From Podarcis cretensis (Eukaryota): DNA of 64,000 nucleotides. Below the pieces are notes generated by a model that saw only the letters and a list, made by a program, of their open reading frames with translations, had not been told where the DNA came from and did not search any database. A program made the translations under genes and the position numbers. Shown here piece by piece: positions 48,201-60,800 of the stretch (positions are counted from its first letter, which is position 1; each line of letters starts with the position of its first letter). Where the stretch lies: the NCBI GenBank assembly GCA_951804945.1, contig OX638150.1, forward strand, positions 70,308,001 to 70,372,000. Direction: 5' to 3'.

Positions 48201-51200
48201 GCCAGTTACCGCTAGGCCCCCAAACCTCCTTTGGATACTTATTTGCCCATTAAAAATTGAGTAGCTGTGGTAATGCTTGGATCTCTGGGGCAATTCCTCA
48301 TCTTGGCTGTTCTGGAAAACATGGGACTCAGCTACATTAGTAAAAAACCTGCGTTTTAAATGCGTTATAAACATGCAACACCAGATGGCACTGGACAGCA
48401 CAAAACTTTTCTATGAGATTTTACATACAGGGTTTTTAAAATTTTTGTTGAATGGTTGAATTTATGACTTACAGCGTTTTATTCCTGTGTGTAGATCCAC
48501 CCCAGTTGTCATGTTCCTTTCCTCTCTTCCTTCAGGACCTGTTGCGTGTGGTTGAAGCTGTGCGAGACCTTCTGCTGAAAGAGCGGCAGGAGAAGTTTCA
48601 GCTGGAAATGCGTCTCCGCGATGAGATCTGCAATGAGATGATGGATCTCCTACAGAAGAAGGAACAGTGGACCAGGTACTGTTGGTGGCAAAGGGCTGTG
48701 GAGGCATGTCTGCTCCTCTCCAGGATTGGGCCCTGGCATTCCATCCCACATCTTGTCTGTTCTTGATATGACTCTTTCCCTGCCCCCCTCCTTTCACCTT
48801 CCTCTCTGCAGTGAGCATGTGGACATCCAAAAGGAGATGCTGGAGGACGTTTATGAGGAGAAACTGAACAGTCTGAAGGAGTCACTTACGGACTACTATC
48901 AGGAGAAGATTGAGGTGCGTGGGGTGAAAAAGCTGTGGGAAGGAGGTGCTGGAGGGTTTCCTGAGGGCAGGACACTGCAGTTCCAAACCTTAGCACTGAC
49001 CTGAAGCAAGGCACCCAGTTTTATTGGCATCTGCAAAACTGCAGGGCCTCATGACATCTTTTAAAAGATTTAACAAATTTATAATGGCATACGTGTCATC
49101 AAACATGCGCTTTAAGTCCATGAAAGCTTATGCCAGGGACACCCCAACGTTTTTGGAACCGGGGCACATTTGAAAATCTCAGAAACTCATGGGCACTAAT
49201 CAAAAGTCATTTTGCATAAAGAAAAAAACACCTGCCAGTTCTCAGAACCCCCAAAACACCTACGCCATGCTCCCCAAAACAAATTGAAGACAGGCTAAAG
49301 CATGCCATACACCCCAAAATAAGGCAACCCCCACAAAAAGCCCTTTAAAAAGACAATTGAAGCAATTCAGGAAGAGCAAAGGGTGTTTGGGGTGCTCAGT
49401 GAGGGTGTCAGAGGGTTCCATGGTCGGAAACCATGTCTGTCTCTGGGCAAGCAGGAGTGACCTGTGCACAGTTCAGGAACATTTTCATATAACTGGAGAA
49501 TGCTGGGGGTGTGGGGAGAGAAAAAAGCCTTTCCATATGTGCGTGGAACAGATCTGATCTGTGAAGAGGCTATCTCCCAAACAGCCTACTGAAGGCTTAT
49601 AAATAAATAAGCAAGAGGTTTGTGTGTGTTGCCACCTAAAACCCTTGGAGGAGTGAACTACAAATGTGATTTGATAGGTTCTGTATGCAGGCACATTCAT
49701 GGAATCCTTTGCACACTTGGCACTGAAACTTTTGGCTCTGCCATGGATTTCTGGGTGCATGAGAGTCTGCCCAAATGAGAATCTCACAACCCTGCAGGAC
49801 AGGGATGGCAACCCATGGCCCTTCCAGATGTTGTTGGGCTCCAATTCTCCAGGGGTGATGGAAGCTGTGGTCCAGTAACAACAGGAGAGTAGTTGCCAGT
49901 TCCCCATTCCTACTACAGGAGATTCTGGGGAAGTTTGATCAGCTTATCTTCTGCCGCTGCTGTTCATTCTCATCTCAAGTTGGCAGGCTGCACCTTCCCA
50001 AACAGAGCCCTTCCTGTAATTTGTCTTGTTTTCCTCCCTCAGAGTCAGGATGAAAAGATAAAAGAGCTGCAGGATGCCTTGCAAGAAGCAAAACGGCAAC
50101 AGCAGCTCCAAGAGAGAAAGGAGGCAGATCCGGAGCAGACTCCTCGCAAATCCAAACGACTGGCAGCAGCAATGCCTGCCCAGAATCAGGAATTGCTGCA
50201 GACGAAAGCCAAGTTAGAGCAGTGTCAAGCAGAGCTGCAAAGAACTGCAGAAGGTGAGGCGTTCTCCCCCTTGTAGTCGCATGGGCTTCAAGCAGGTGGT
50301 TGTCAAGAGATCAGACTGCGCAGCATAAGTCTAGTGAACTGCAAGCTGACCTAGCATTTGGGAACCTTGGCTTCTGTGAGTGAGCGGCCATGAAGTGTTA
50401 AAGCACACCTAGGATATCTGCCTATTATTAGTCTGGGACCCCTGCTCCTCCATCTTTATCTCTGAAAAATGGTTGCACATTGCAAGAAGTACAAGGAATG
50501 GAGACTTAATATTAAATACAGTGGTACCTCGGGTTACATACGCTTCAGGTTACAGACTCTGCTAACCCAGAAATAGTACCTCGGGTTAAGAACTTTGCTT
50601 CAGGATGAGAACAGAAATTGTGCTCTGGTGGCACAGCGGCAGCGGGAGGCCCCATTAGCTAAAGTGGTGCTTCAGGTTAAGAACAGTTTCAGCTTAAGAA
50701 CGGACCTCCGGAATGAATTAAGTATGTAACCAGAGGTACCACTGTCCTTTTTTAATATGGCAGGTTCCCACCTGACAGAGGCCAAAATTAGAGGGGGGGG
50801 GGAGAGAATCCAAATAATTGATTTAAGGCCATTTTTGTTTAATTTAAATGCCCTACCAAAATTATGCACTTTGATCAAATTATAATTTTTTTTGAGCATG
50901 TTTCTTTGCAAGACAATTGAAATACTTGAGTTCGTAGCCCTGAAATAGCAAGGTCTGGGGTGGTGAAAGCCAAAGAAGGGGGATAAAGTCCCTTTGACTA
51001 TTAGGATCCCACCCAGTCGTGATCCTTCAAATGCTCCCCCTGCCCCACAAACATGAGGTGTAGAGACATAATGCAGAGACGAACCTGGAAAATATACAGT
51101 AGTACCTCAGGTTACATACGCTTCAGGTTACAGACTCCGCTAACCCAGAAATAGTGCTTCAGGTTAAGAACTTTGCTTCAGGATGAGAACAGAAATCGTG

Positions 51201-53256
51201 CTCTGGTGGCACAGTGGCAGCAGGAGGCCCCATTAGCTAAAGTGGTGCTTCAGGTTAAGAACAGTTTCAAGTTAAGTACGGACCTCCGGAACAAATTAAA
51301 TACTTAACCTGAGGTACCACTGTAGTTCATTTCAATGTTTAGTGCCCCTAGTCTAGCAGTATATTTTCTAAATCTTCAGCGTTTCCCATTGTAGGGTAAA
51401 CTATTTTGCTCTCCTCTGGCCTGGGCAGACTTCCAAACTGCATTATTGCTATAGGACATGGCTCTGTAGCAGAAGGAAGGGGATTAAAGCAATGCACAAC
51501 TTCTCTAAAAATAGCATTGTCAGGGTTCAAATCTGCTTTGAAACATTGCTCCTTAAACTGAGTGTGGAAAAAGACCTGGGTAGCCTGGCAGTTCTTGGGT
51601 AGTATATTCAGCATTGCACATTTAAGAATTCAGCTCTTGTATTGAGGACTGGCAAAAATTATTTTAACGGTTGGGCTAAATTGCAGTGATCTGTGGTTTG
51701 TCCTTAGAGTTGCGTAAACACCAGAAGATGCTGGAGCCGCCACTTTCCTCAAAGCCCATCACAACAAATGTGGACCGGAAGCTGGAAGAAGGCCAAAAGG
51801 TAACTGCCAGACCTTCCTTTCCTGGCATCTGCCAACCTCCTTCCTTTACCCTGGGCTTGAATGGCAATGTCTCTGAAACCTTCATCTGCTGCCAATGGGT
51901 GCATAACTTCTTTTTCTCCCCAACCACAACTTGCCACTGTATGTAGTCCAGTCTTCCTTAAGGGGCTGGATGCTGCCTTGTGCTTAACGGTCCTTCCCTC
52001 TCTCAGAATGTAAGGATGCTGAGATCTGAACTGCAGAAACTTGGGGAGTCCCTCCAGTCAGCCGAAAGAGCATGTTGCCACAGCACAGGAGCCGGGAAAC
52101 TGCGTGAAGCTCTCTCTAAGTGTGACAACATCCTGGCGAAGCAGGTAGGTGAAGGAGTCTCCTAAATTTCAGCAGCTTACAGGGGGCATGCATGCTCTGC
52201 TACACAAGATTGGTTTTGTCCATTTTAGTCAGTTTACATTGGTGTCTATAGACTGAACCATAAAAATTTCAGATCCAGCAGCACAACACACACACACACG
52301 TATATCCAAGGTGACCTTTGATTTAATGGTGGAAATCCTATGAAATAAATAGATAAATCCTTAGCGTCCTTAAGGTTCTGTGCCTTGATCCATTTTTATC
52401 TTGTAAACTGCTCTGAGAACTTCGGATGGAGTGTGGTGTATAAATTAAATACATTATTGTTGTTGTTGTTACTATTATTATTTATTTGTGCCAAGATTGT
52501 GCTTGAAAGTGCCAGATCTGATATTTATGTTTTGGTCCATGGAGACAGATGCTACTGGCTGGGGAGAGGTGGGGGAAATCCCATATAAAAACATTGTGCC
52601 AGTTTTAAAAAAAACATTAAACCATTTTCTGGAGTAGTTTGTTTGTGCTCACAACCACACTGCATTACAGAACACTAGTAGCCATAGAATCAACCCCTCC
52701 TGCCTCAGTTGTCATAGACCAGTCCACAGGATTTGGTGGCTGGGTGAAGCAGTCCCAGAGGGGCCTTGTTAAGATCCAGGCACCTGTCATCTTCATCTCT
52801 AATGTTTCTGAGTCCATAAGCATTTTCAGAAGTCTTCACATTCAGCGTAATTGGCTGAAATGATTGGCACCTGTCTTACAAGAGGGGAGGCTCCATCTTC
52901 ATAAAACTGAATTTCTCCGCTGGCTCTTCCAGGACCAGACTTTGGCTGAGCTGCAGAACAACATGATGCTGGTGAAGATGGATTTGCGGAAGAAAGCAAC
53001 CTGTATTGCAGAGCAATTTCACACTGTGCAGAAGCTCCAAGCAGCACCAACCTCTTGCAGCAAAAAACGGTTTTGTGCCAACAATGAAAATGTGCAGCCC
53101 AGAAGTCAACCTCCCTTCAAGAAGCCTTTCTTGCACAATTTCCTGACTTGCACAACAGCCATGCCTGCTGTAGCAATAGAGACCCCCTATAGTAGTATCC
53201 TACGTGCCCGTGGCTCTCCAACATCTAAATCCATGGCTTTTGGCAAAAAACACTGA
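42228..53256 (+). CDS. KIF20A: Kinesin-6 family protein KIF20A (MKLP2), ~892 aa
   Basis: Coding exons 42228-42368, 42653-42739, 43163-43282, 43602-43740, 43832-44019, 44117-44261, 44951-45151, 45303-45414, 45612-45683, 46136-46279, 46498-46663, 47860-48015 (GC donor), 48536-48675, 48812-48914, 50043-50253, 51708-51799, 52007-52144, 52933-53256 (2679 nt, in frame). P-loop GVTNSGKT, switch I NQHSSRSH, switch II DLAGSE, VPFRDSKLT, and tail AERACCHSTGAGKLR...FGKKH*. AATAAA at 53514-53519. Confidence 0.96.
46832..47226 (-). mobile_element. L2-clade LINE 3' end fragment
   Basis: VLTFKALNGLGSVYLKEHL...LLAVPSLREVRLQGTRQRAF on the minus strand, with the same 3' UTR as 4193-4505. Confidence 0.82.
50519..50744. 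mobile_element. Tigger/pogo-like MITE, copy 1
   Basis: TA-CAGTGGTACCTCGGGTTACATAC ... GTATGTAACCAGAGGTACCACTG TIRs, 226 bp. Confidence 0.88.
51097..51322. mobile_element. Tigger/pogo-like MITE, copy 2
   Basis: TA-CAGTAGTACCTCAGGTTA ... TAACCTGAGGTACCACTG-TA, 226 bp, collinear with copy 1. Confidence 0.88.
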
Positions 53257-53888
53257 CTTTTTGGGGGTTGCAGTGTACCTGGGCACAAGCAACCAGTTGA
53301 TAACTTTAATATTTTCCTTCATGTTAATGTGTTGAGGCCTGAGCTAACTAAATCTTTGGCTTCCCAAAGATGGTTACTTACTATGCATGCCCTCTGTTTC
53401 AGGCCAGCTGCTACTCCAGTGTATATGGAACCTGGATTCATATTCCTTATGTTTATCACCTCCAATAGCTTATGTTATGCATGTGAAATGTTTATTATCT
53501 ATGTTAACTGTATAATAAATGTACCTTGTGTCTTCTAAAACCTCATGTCTATGTGAACAAGCTCTAATAAGGGAAACCTTTCCTGCATTTGTTTTTAAGT
53601 TTCTTCTAGTTGCCTGGTGGAGTAGGCTCCACAACCACGAGGCCATAACTGTTAAGTTTTCCCTTTTCTTGCAAGGAATCCTATTCGGAACAAGGGAAAC
53701 GTTGACAGCTATGCACGAGGCTGATTTTTGTGTCCCTCTGGTAGCCCAGGCATGAGACTTCAATGGTTAATTTGCACATGATCCCTAATACAGAAAGTAT
53801 TCAAAATGGAACAGATTTTAATGGAATGGAAGATTTTAATGGAACAGGCAATGTATCCTACACAGTTGTGCATTTCTGGACAAAGGTA

Positions 53889-55449
53889 CTGTATTTTTCG
53901 CCCTATAGGACGCACTTTTTCCCTCCAAAATCTTTTTTTTTTTTAAATAATTTTTATTAACTGGCCAATCACATCAAATTAAATCACATCATATAAATTC
54001 CGAATTACAAAGCCAAATTTTTAAATTTTGTTGGGGGAACCCATACTTCAAGATCCAAAGGGGAATTCAGATCATCTTCTTATTACTGCGTTAATGTCCA
54101 AATCAGTCCAAACAAAGTTCATAATTCTATCCAGTCTTATCTTGGTGTTGCCACATCATATCTTGTTCGTATAATTTCTCTTTTTCCTTTACGATCTCTT
54201 CTGTTAGTCTCCTTAAGCCGATAGCAAGTGTAATAATCCTGTGTGGATTTCCCATTCCTCCACTAAGTCCAGATGGTTTCCATATATCTCCTTCGTAGAT
54301 AACATCACTTTTTCCATCGTAAATTTTGGCATTTGTCGCTCTTAAGTCCCACCGAGGAGTTGATTCACGATATGTAAACAACTCTATTTCTCTCTTTCTC
54401 CTCCCAGACCCAAGAGCTCCCAGAATGCCTCACAAAATGGCGAACGGCATTTTTTCCTGATTGCGTCACTCCAAAACTCTTAGCTTTCCAGCTTCATCTT
54501 GAAACATTGCTTTGGATCGAAAGTTTATCTCCACACAGCCTTAAATCCACAGCTTAAGTCCTTAATTTCTGACTCATTAGGGGAGGGGGATTCTTGTTAA
54601 GTCACATAAAAAAGTAGAGGCAGGTTTTTCCCCCCCCTCCCCCCTCAGTCATTACCGTATCTTGACGTTCTTCTCGTATTTTATTGTTGTCTTGTTATCA
54701 GAGATCTCTCCTGTCAGCAGTATTTACTCCCCTTTTTCCTTGATGTATGTGCAATTAATCATGTCCAAATTATTTCTTTTAAAGATCATTGCAACCAGCG
54801 GCGCAAATCGGGGACGGCGTCGAGGAGTGCCGAAAATCCCACAGGAGGGCTTTGTGCCTAGTGCCCCCACCCCCACAAATTCAGGGGTGGTATAGGGCAC
54901 AGCAGGCAAGGGCCGTCCCCCCCATAATCCTGGGGGGGGGTTAAGGAGGCTAATTACCCCCATCATAGCCTCCAAATTACCTCGTGTGGGTCGGAGAGAT
55001 GTTATTGTCAGCCATCTTCCGATGCGCCACCTAGTGGCCCCCTTTCCCCTCCAAAATTGAAGGCGAAATCTGTGTGCGTCCTATGGGGCAAATACAGGCT
55101 TTCGCTGAAGCTTGGAGAGCGAGAGGGGTTGGTGCGCACCGACCCCTCTCGCTCTCCAGGCTTCAGGAAGCTATCAGCAAGCCTGCGGAGCCCGTGGGAG
55201 TTCCCGCAGGGCTCCCCAGGCTGCGGATAGCAGCCTGCCGCCCGGCGTGAGAGGCGCCCTGAAGCAGAGCGCCCCTCGCGCTGGGCAGACATCAGCCAGC
55301 CCCACCAGCTCGGGGGACAGCATGGAGGCGGAGCGCCGCCATACCGCTGTTCCCCGACCTGGTTTTGGGGGGGGGGGAAATAAAGGGGGGAATTTTCTTT
55401 TATTTCCCCCCAAAAAACCTAGGTGCGTCCTATGGGACGAAAAATACGG
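53889..55449. mobile_element. Tc1/mariner-superfamily MITE interrupted by a nested 1.1 kb insertion
   Basis: TA-CTGTATTTTTCGCCCTATAGGACGCAC ... GTGCGTCCTATGGGACGAAAAATACGG-TA. Removing 53932-55057 restores collinearity with the copy at 1851-2119. Confidence 0.88.
53932..55046 (-). mobile_element. Non-autonomous polyadenylated non-LTR retro-insert with an L1-like 5' end
   Basis: TSD CCCTCCAAAAT (53921-53931 / 55047-55057). Minus-strand AATAAA (53953-53958) then A12 (53933-53944). 5' end reads GGGGCCACTAGGTGGCGCATCGGAAGATGGC. No long ORF. Confidence 0.8.
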
Positions 55450-57811
55450 TAATCTAGCTCCTTGGGAGTGGGTAGAAGAACAGACTATATTTTCCAATAG
55501 TACTACTCTTAGTATAAATAAAAGTACTTAACTGATGCTATATTGGATTCCCTTAAGACAATTATGAGCAGTGCAAACTATTCCAAACCAACAAGACAGA
55601 TAATAACTACATCTGTTACAATCTATGGGCATAAATCCTGACAAAGTTCCAAGTCTGGCCTGCTAATTCCGGTTCTTGACTGAGGGCACAAATAGAAAGG
55701 ACTCCTATGTTTTATTAAGGTTGTAGTTTTAAATCATGGCTATAATTCTACAGCAGTGGTGAGAAACCTGTTGCAGGCATCACATACTGACATCAGGGCA
55801 AGATGTCTACTCTAAAAATACCAGGTTTAAACTGATTCTTAGAGGTGGTAAAGTATTGTAATTTTCCTATATTTAGTCTTCTACAAAGCTGAAACCAAGG
55901 CATATACTATTAGATACTGAAAACATACAGAGTAGAGCAAATTATGTGTGCTACATTTTCTAAAAGCACTCACCAGGAAATTACCCTAGAGACTTAACTG
56001 TTACTTAGGCAGTGGCACAGCAGGTGTGGTTCTGGGGGGTCAATAATTAAAATTATATATGATTTACACCAAACCTCTATACAATTTTGACAACCTATAA
56101 TACCCTAAATAGGCAGAATCCTTATTTACATGGTGTCTGGGTTTTGTTTTGCATATATTGCAAGTATGGTGCAGATTGGGATGCAGTGGATTAATAACTG
56201 CATTAACGAGAAAAATGTTAGCCTCCATTATCATTGGTTTTCAGTGCTAAGCAAGGCTATCTAGGATATAAGCTAAGTTAGTACAGTGCTGGCAGAGCTG
56301 GACCAAGACATTTTGCTGCCTAAGGCCAAGGTACTTTGGCACACAAGACAGAAAATCCCACAACTGCTTTTCCCCAGGAGTAAAAATACATTAAAAATAA
56401 ATGTAGTATTTACAGCCCTTTCATGGCACCTAAAATCAGCCGTGACACTGCCCAATGGTAGGGGTGGCCTTGAATGTTTGAATTTGACAAGACAGATCTG
56501 GGCCCAAGTTTGTAGCTCACTGACCATGAATCAGTCTCTCGTAGTCTACCCACCACCACCACCAATTGTGATGATAAAATGAGGGCTCTGTATGAACCCC
56601 TGCCTGCAAGGATCTCCAGATAAGATAAAAATTAACAAAATGTGAGTGCTCTAGCCCCAACATCTGTGCTGTACAACAGAAGTCAAAGTTCTGTGTTTTA
56701 CTAACATAAATGACAAGAATGTGTAGTAAAAACAATTTAATAGTGGAAGCAGAATTCAAGCTTGCTTGATACCATTACCTGCTCAACTGTAGACAAGTCA
56801 AGTTTGCATACCTGAATTCTCATGTCAGCTGAAGAAATTCATACCATTGTTATTCTTTACCACCTAGTTTTTTCTGCTAAGTCACATTGAGGATAGATCA
56901 CAACCATTATTTTATGTCATAGGATCATATTCAACAAAACTGCATCCCTGCTAGGATACTAGTTTACAACACCCCAGCTTCTAGTTCAAAGAACTAAGCA
57001 ATAGGTTTTTTTTCTACTGAACAGTTATGTTGTGTTCCTGGGCAACAAAAATGTGTAGATGAGTTTTGCCACTCAAATAGTGGTGGATACTTCTAGAGCT
57101 CGTATATATGGAAAAGCTATGTCAACACTGCACTCTTATCTTAATGAACACATAGAAGTCCCACCACTTCATTGTTACCAGGCTACACAACAGCATCGGC
57201 TGCTGCATTAGTAAGAGAAAATATGGGATATGAATTACTACATTTTTCACCCATGGACTGCCGTTTGTCTAGCACAAATGTAGACACCTTTGCTCTCTCC
57301 ACTGGCTCCTTTTACCAGCTAGATAATCTAACACAGCGATTTTGCTTGAAAAGTAACTAAAACCAAAAGGACAAGGGACCAAGTGATGCAAGGACATTCT
57401 TTCCATCATGAAATAAGAACGAGGCAGCATCATTTCTCCTCCAAAAGATGACACACTGGTAGCCAGCAAGACATTACGAAGGAATGCCATGAGCATGACA
57501 GGCAAAGAAGCAACTCCAGTTGATGTCAATGGAGGAAAGTGACCTTGGAATCCCTTCTTACACCAAGATGTCATGCTAGAAAGCAGAGGCATAACAGGAG
57601 TAGAATGGATTCAGTCTCTCACTATGAAATATGTTGCCACCAGCTTTTGATGCCCGCAATGTAACTATCTTCAACAATGAGTTATCAGCCCTTCTAGGAA
57701 GGCATCACTGGATACAGAACTCTCCTTAGAGAGGCAGCATTAGAAGGAAAAACCCAGGCTCCAGCCGGATTACAGTTGCAGTTCACATCAGCCCAGAGAG
57801 GTAGGCACACT

Positions 57812-60800
57812 TTAAGGTGTAATATTGGACAAGTTCAGGGGTGACACACGGCGTGTTGGAGTGTTATTGGCAGATAGTGAAGACGGAAGCAAGAAAGGTG
57901 TGGCAATCTCTGTGGATGAGGTCTCCCCTTGATTTCGTAACTGTAAGATTTGCCGCAAGAGGGCCTTCCCTTCTTCTCTTGTCTGGAAGAGAAATGAAGT
58001 TGCATGAGCAAAGAGCAAACACAGTGCAGTAACTAGAAAGGGGGCACATGGGTGTTCCTGTGCAAAGATCAGCCATTCTGAATTGCAATCAGACTTGTGG
58101 TTCAATGTCAGATCTAGCGAGCCTTTAGATACTGCAAATCCCATGATATATTTCTCCCTGAAGTGGCTACTCCAGCAAAATATTCACCAACTCTGGGGTG
58201 AGGAACCTCTGGCTCATGTGCCAAATTTGGCCTGCAAAACTGTTTTCTCTAAACCATGCCCACCTGTCCCATACCCAGTGTCCTATGTGACATCAGGTGT
58301 GGAGAAGGTAGAGACATGGCTTTGTCAACTGCACAACCAAGATTCTCTTTAAGAAAGCTGGCTGTCAAGCATTTGGGAAGTGCTGAACAATGAAACTTTG
58401 ACAGGTGAGGCAGGGCAACTTACCTGTCGATCATCTGATATCACAATGCCACCCACCTGTCAAAGTTGGCCCAATGGGGTGGGTAACATCTGGCCTGCTG
58501 TGCCAAAAGGATTCCACATGCCAAACAAACTCATCAACAGGATTCTAAATACTTTACTTCCTGTTCATGCTTTCTCTTTATCTATTTCAAGGGCAAGCTG
58601 CAGGCCATATAAAGCCCACTAAGAGGTTTTTGGGTGGCTTGCAAGCACATATCTGGACATTTTCATGTTTTATCCATGTAACTAGCAACACATTTCTTAC
58701 CAAGCAAAAACTAGCTACCTCCATTTCCACAAGGAATGAAAACTTTTTAGCAGATTTCCTTAGTTGCTTTTCACAAAGCTCTTGTCATGATCTGGTGTAT
58801 TATTGATTGGTTCTATTAGTAGAGGTAGATGGGCGAACACTCTGACAATCCTGAAGGATTTAGATTGTTGTTCTAGAAAAGGGTTGGGCTTTCAGCCTCT
58901 CTTTTAGGTTCTTTTAGTATGACTTAACACATGTGTGGCCTCAAACCATTATAGCCATACCCAAGAGTGGTCTCAGTGGTGGCACTGTGGGTGGAAGCAG
59001 GCATGGGACCCAGTGAAGAAGTCCACAGATGATGTGTTGGCTACTCACGTCATTGAATGCACAGCATTTCTGGGCACAGGCTGAGGCTTCATCCCAGAGT
59101 TTACACTTGAAATAATATTGAGCCAGGTAGCGGAAGGCAGTGCTTACTTCCAGGTGCTCCACTATCTCCTAGAATAGAACAAAGGTATTCATGGTTTGGT
59201 TCAGGGTAAATTCATTTCTTATATGAAGATTTAGTATTAACCTGAGAGAAACTGAGTATTTACAACTTTTTATTTAAAAAGTCCAATTTAAATACAATGT
59301 TTTTCTTTTTTAAAAAAACAACAAACACCTGTTTTTATCCACTCTGTATATCCTTCACTCTTTCATTCCCAAAATCATTTGGAACTGACTCACCCCACAA
59401 GAATAGATATCTTGTATGTATTTGATATAGCACTGAGCAGCTTGCTCCGATTCATTCAACTGTTCATGAAGCCTGGGAAAGAAAAAGCAAAAGCAAAAGT
59501 GTGTTCTTGCTTAAAGGATAAGACCACCACTATAACAGAAGAAGCTACCTCTTGTCCACTATAAGTATTCAGTATGTAGTTGATGGGATTATCCTAATAA
59601 CAAATTACATGCTTTGGAGTAAGCCTAGGTAGCCTATCAAATGTGAGCTGCATTTATGGGGGGAAAGACATTAAGCAATGTCTTAATCTCAGCGCCTGTC
59701 ACTCACAGGTATTTCCCAGGGGTCATTTTCATCAAGGTAGGCAAACATCCCATTTCCATACTGTAGCAATTTTAGTTTTATATTTATCTTGATATACATA
59801 ATAAAATACTTTTTATACTTAGTTTATGTGTAGCCATTTAATTATTGCCAGAACCTGTATGAATGCACATTGTGTGACTCACCAAGAACACATGTGGATA
59901 CCAAGAACTATGGAAAAACCACTAATAGTTATCCAGAATATTGCTGCCATAAAGGTCAAAGATAATCTGGAGTACTTCCCCTAAATAATTTCCTGGGATC
60001 ACAAGGACTAAGAGCTATGCAGAAAGACAGGAAACATCCACATCATAACGTCTGCAGACTAAGATTTCAGTCCAAAAGGCAGTGGTCAGATAAGGAGGTT
60101 TGGCCAATCTATCCAAGAAAAGCAATATAAAACTACTACTTACTTTGCTAGTTTCACCAGTGCCATTTTTTCCACATCTCCAACAGCATAGGCTCTCCAA
60201 TAACACTGTCAAGAAAAAAACAACAAATGCAAAAGTGTCTAGTCCAGAGGCAAAGGTGATATTGCCTACTATCCTGCCTAGCAGAGATGAATGAATAGTA
60301 TGAAGCATATCAGAAGTAACATAATGCAAGACTATAGGAGTGATAACTCCAATAAACCTAGCTCCAAGTTTTAGACAACATTTCCCTCTTTTTTTTCGAA
60401 CAGAGGATGAAGAAAAAAAGCCATCAGAAGATCTGATTGCTATTATTACATGGAAGAAAAGTGCAAACAGAATAAAAGCTCAGTTCTGGAAACTGCTCAA
60501 TTTTTAGCACTTTCCCCCAGTACCTATGTTCCAGCTACATAATCTACATTCACCAGTCCATTCTCAAGAGGCAATGAATGGACAGAGGCAATTCAATTGT
60601 TATGACAAAACAGCACAGCAGAAATACACTAACATTTCCTTTATCTGGTTCAGGATAATGCCCACTGCTGCTGCTCAAATGCAAATCCATGTCCCGCCCT
60701 ACCTTTTTGGCTTCCACTAGCTGATTCAATTTCTCGTAACATTCTCCAAGAGCTACCAGCATACGGGAATCATTGGGCCTGTGAAAAACATGAAACTATC

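Noticed and set aside
55008-55531. Overlapping GC-rich ORFs resembling a CpG-island gene start
   Set aside because: They lie within the GC-rich MITE interior bounded by TIRs.
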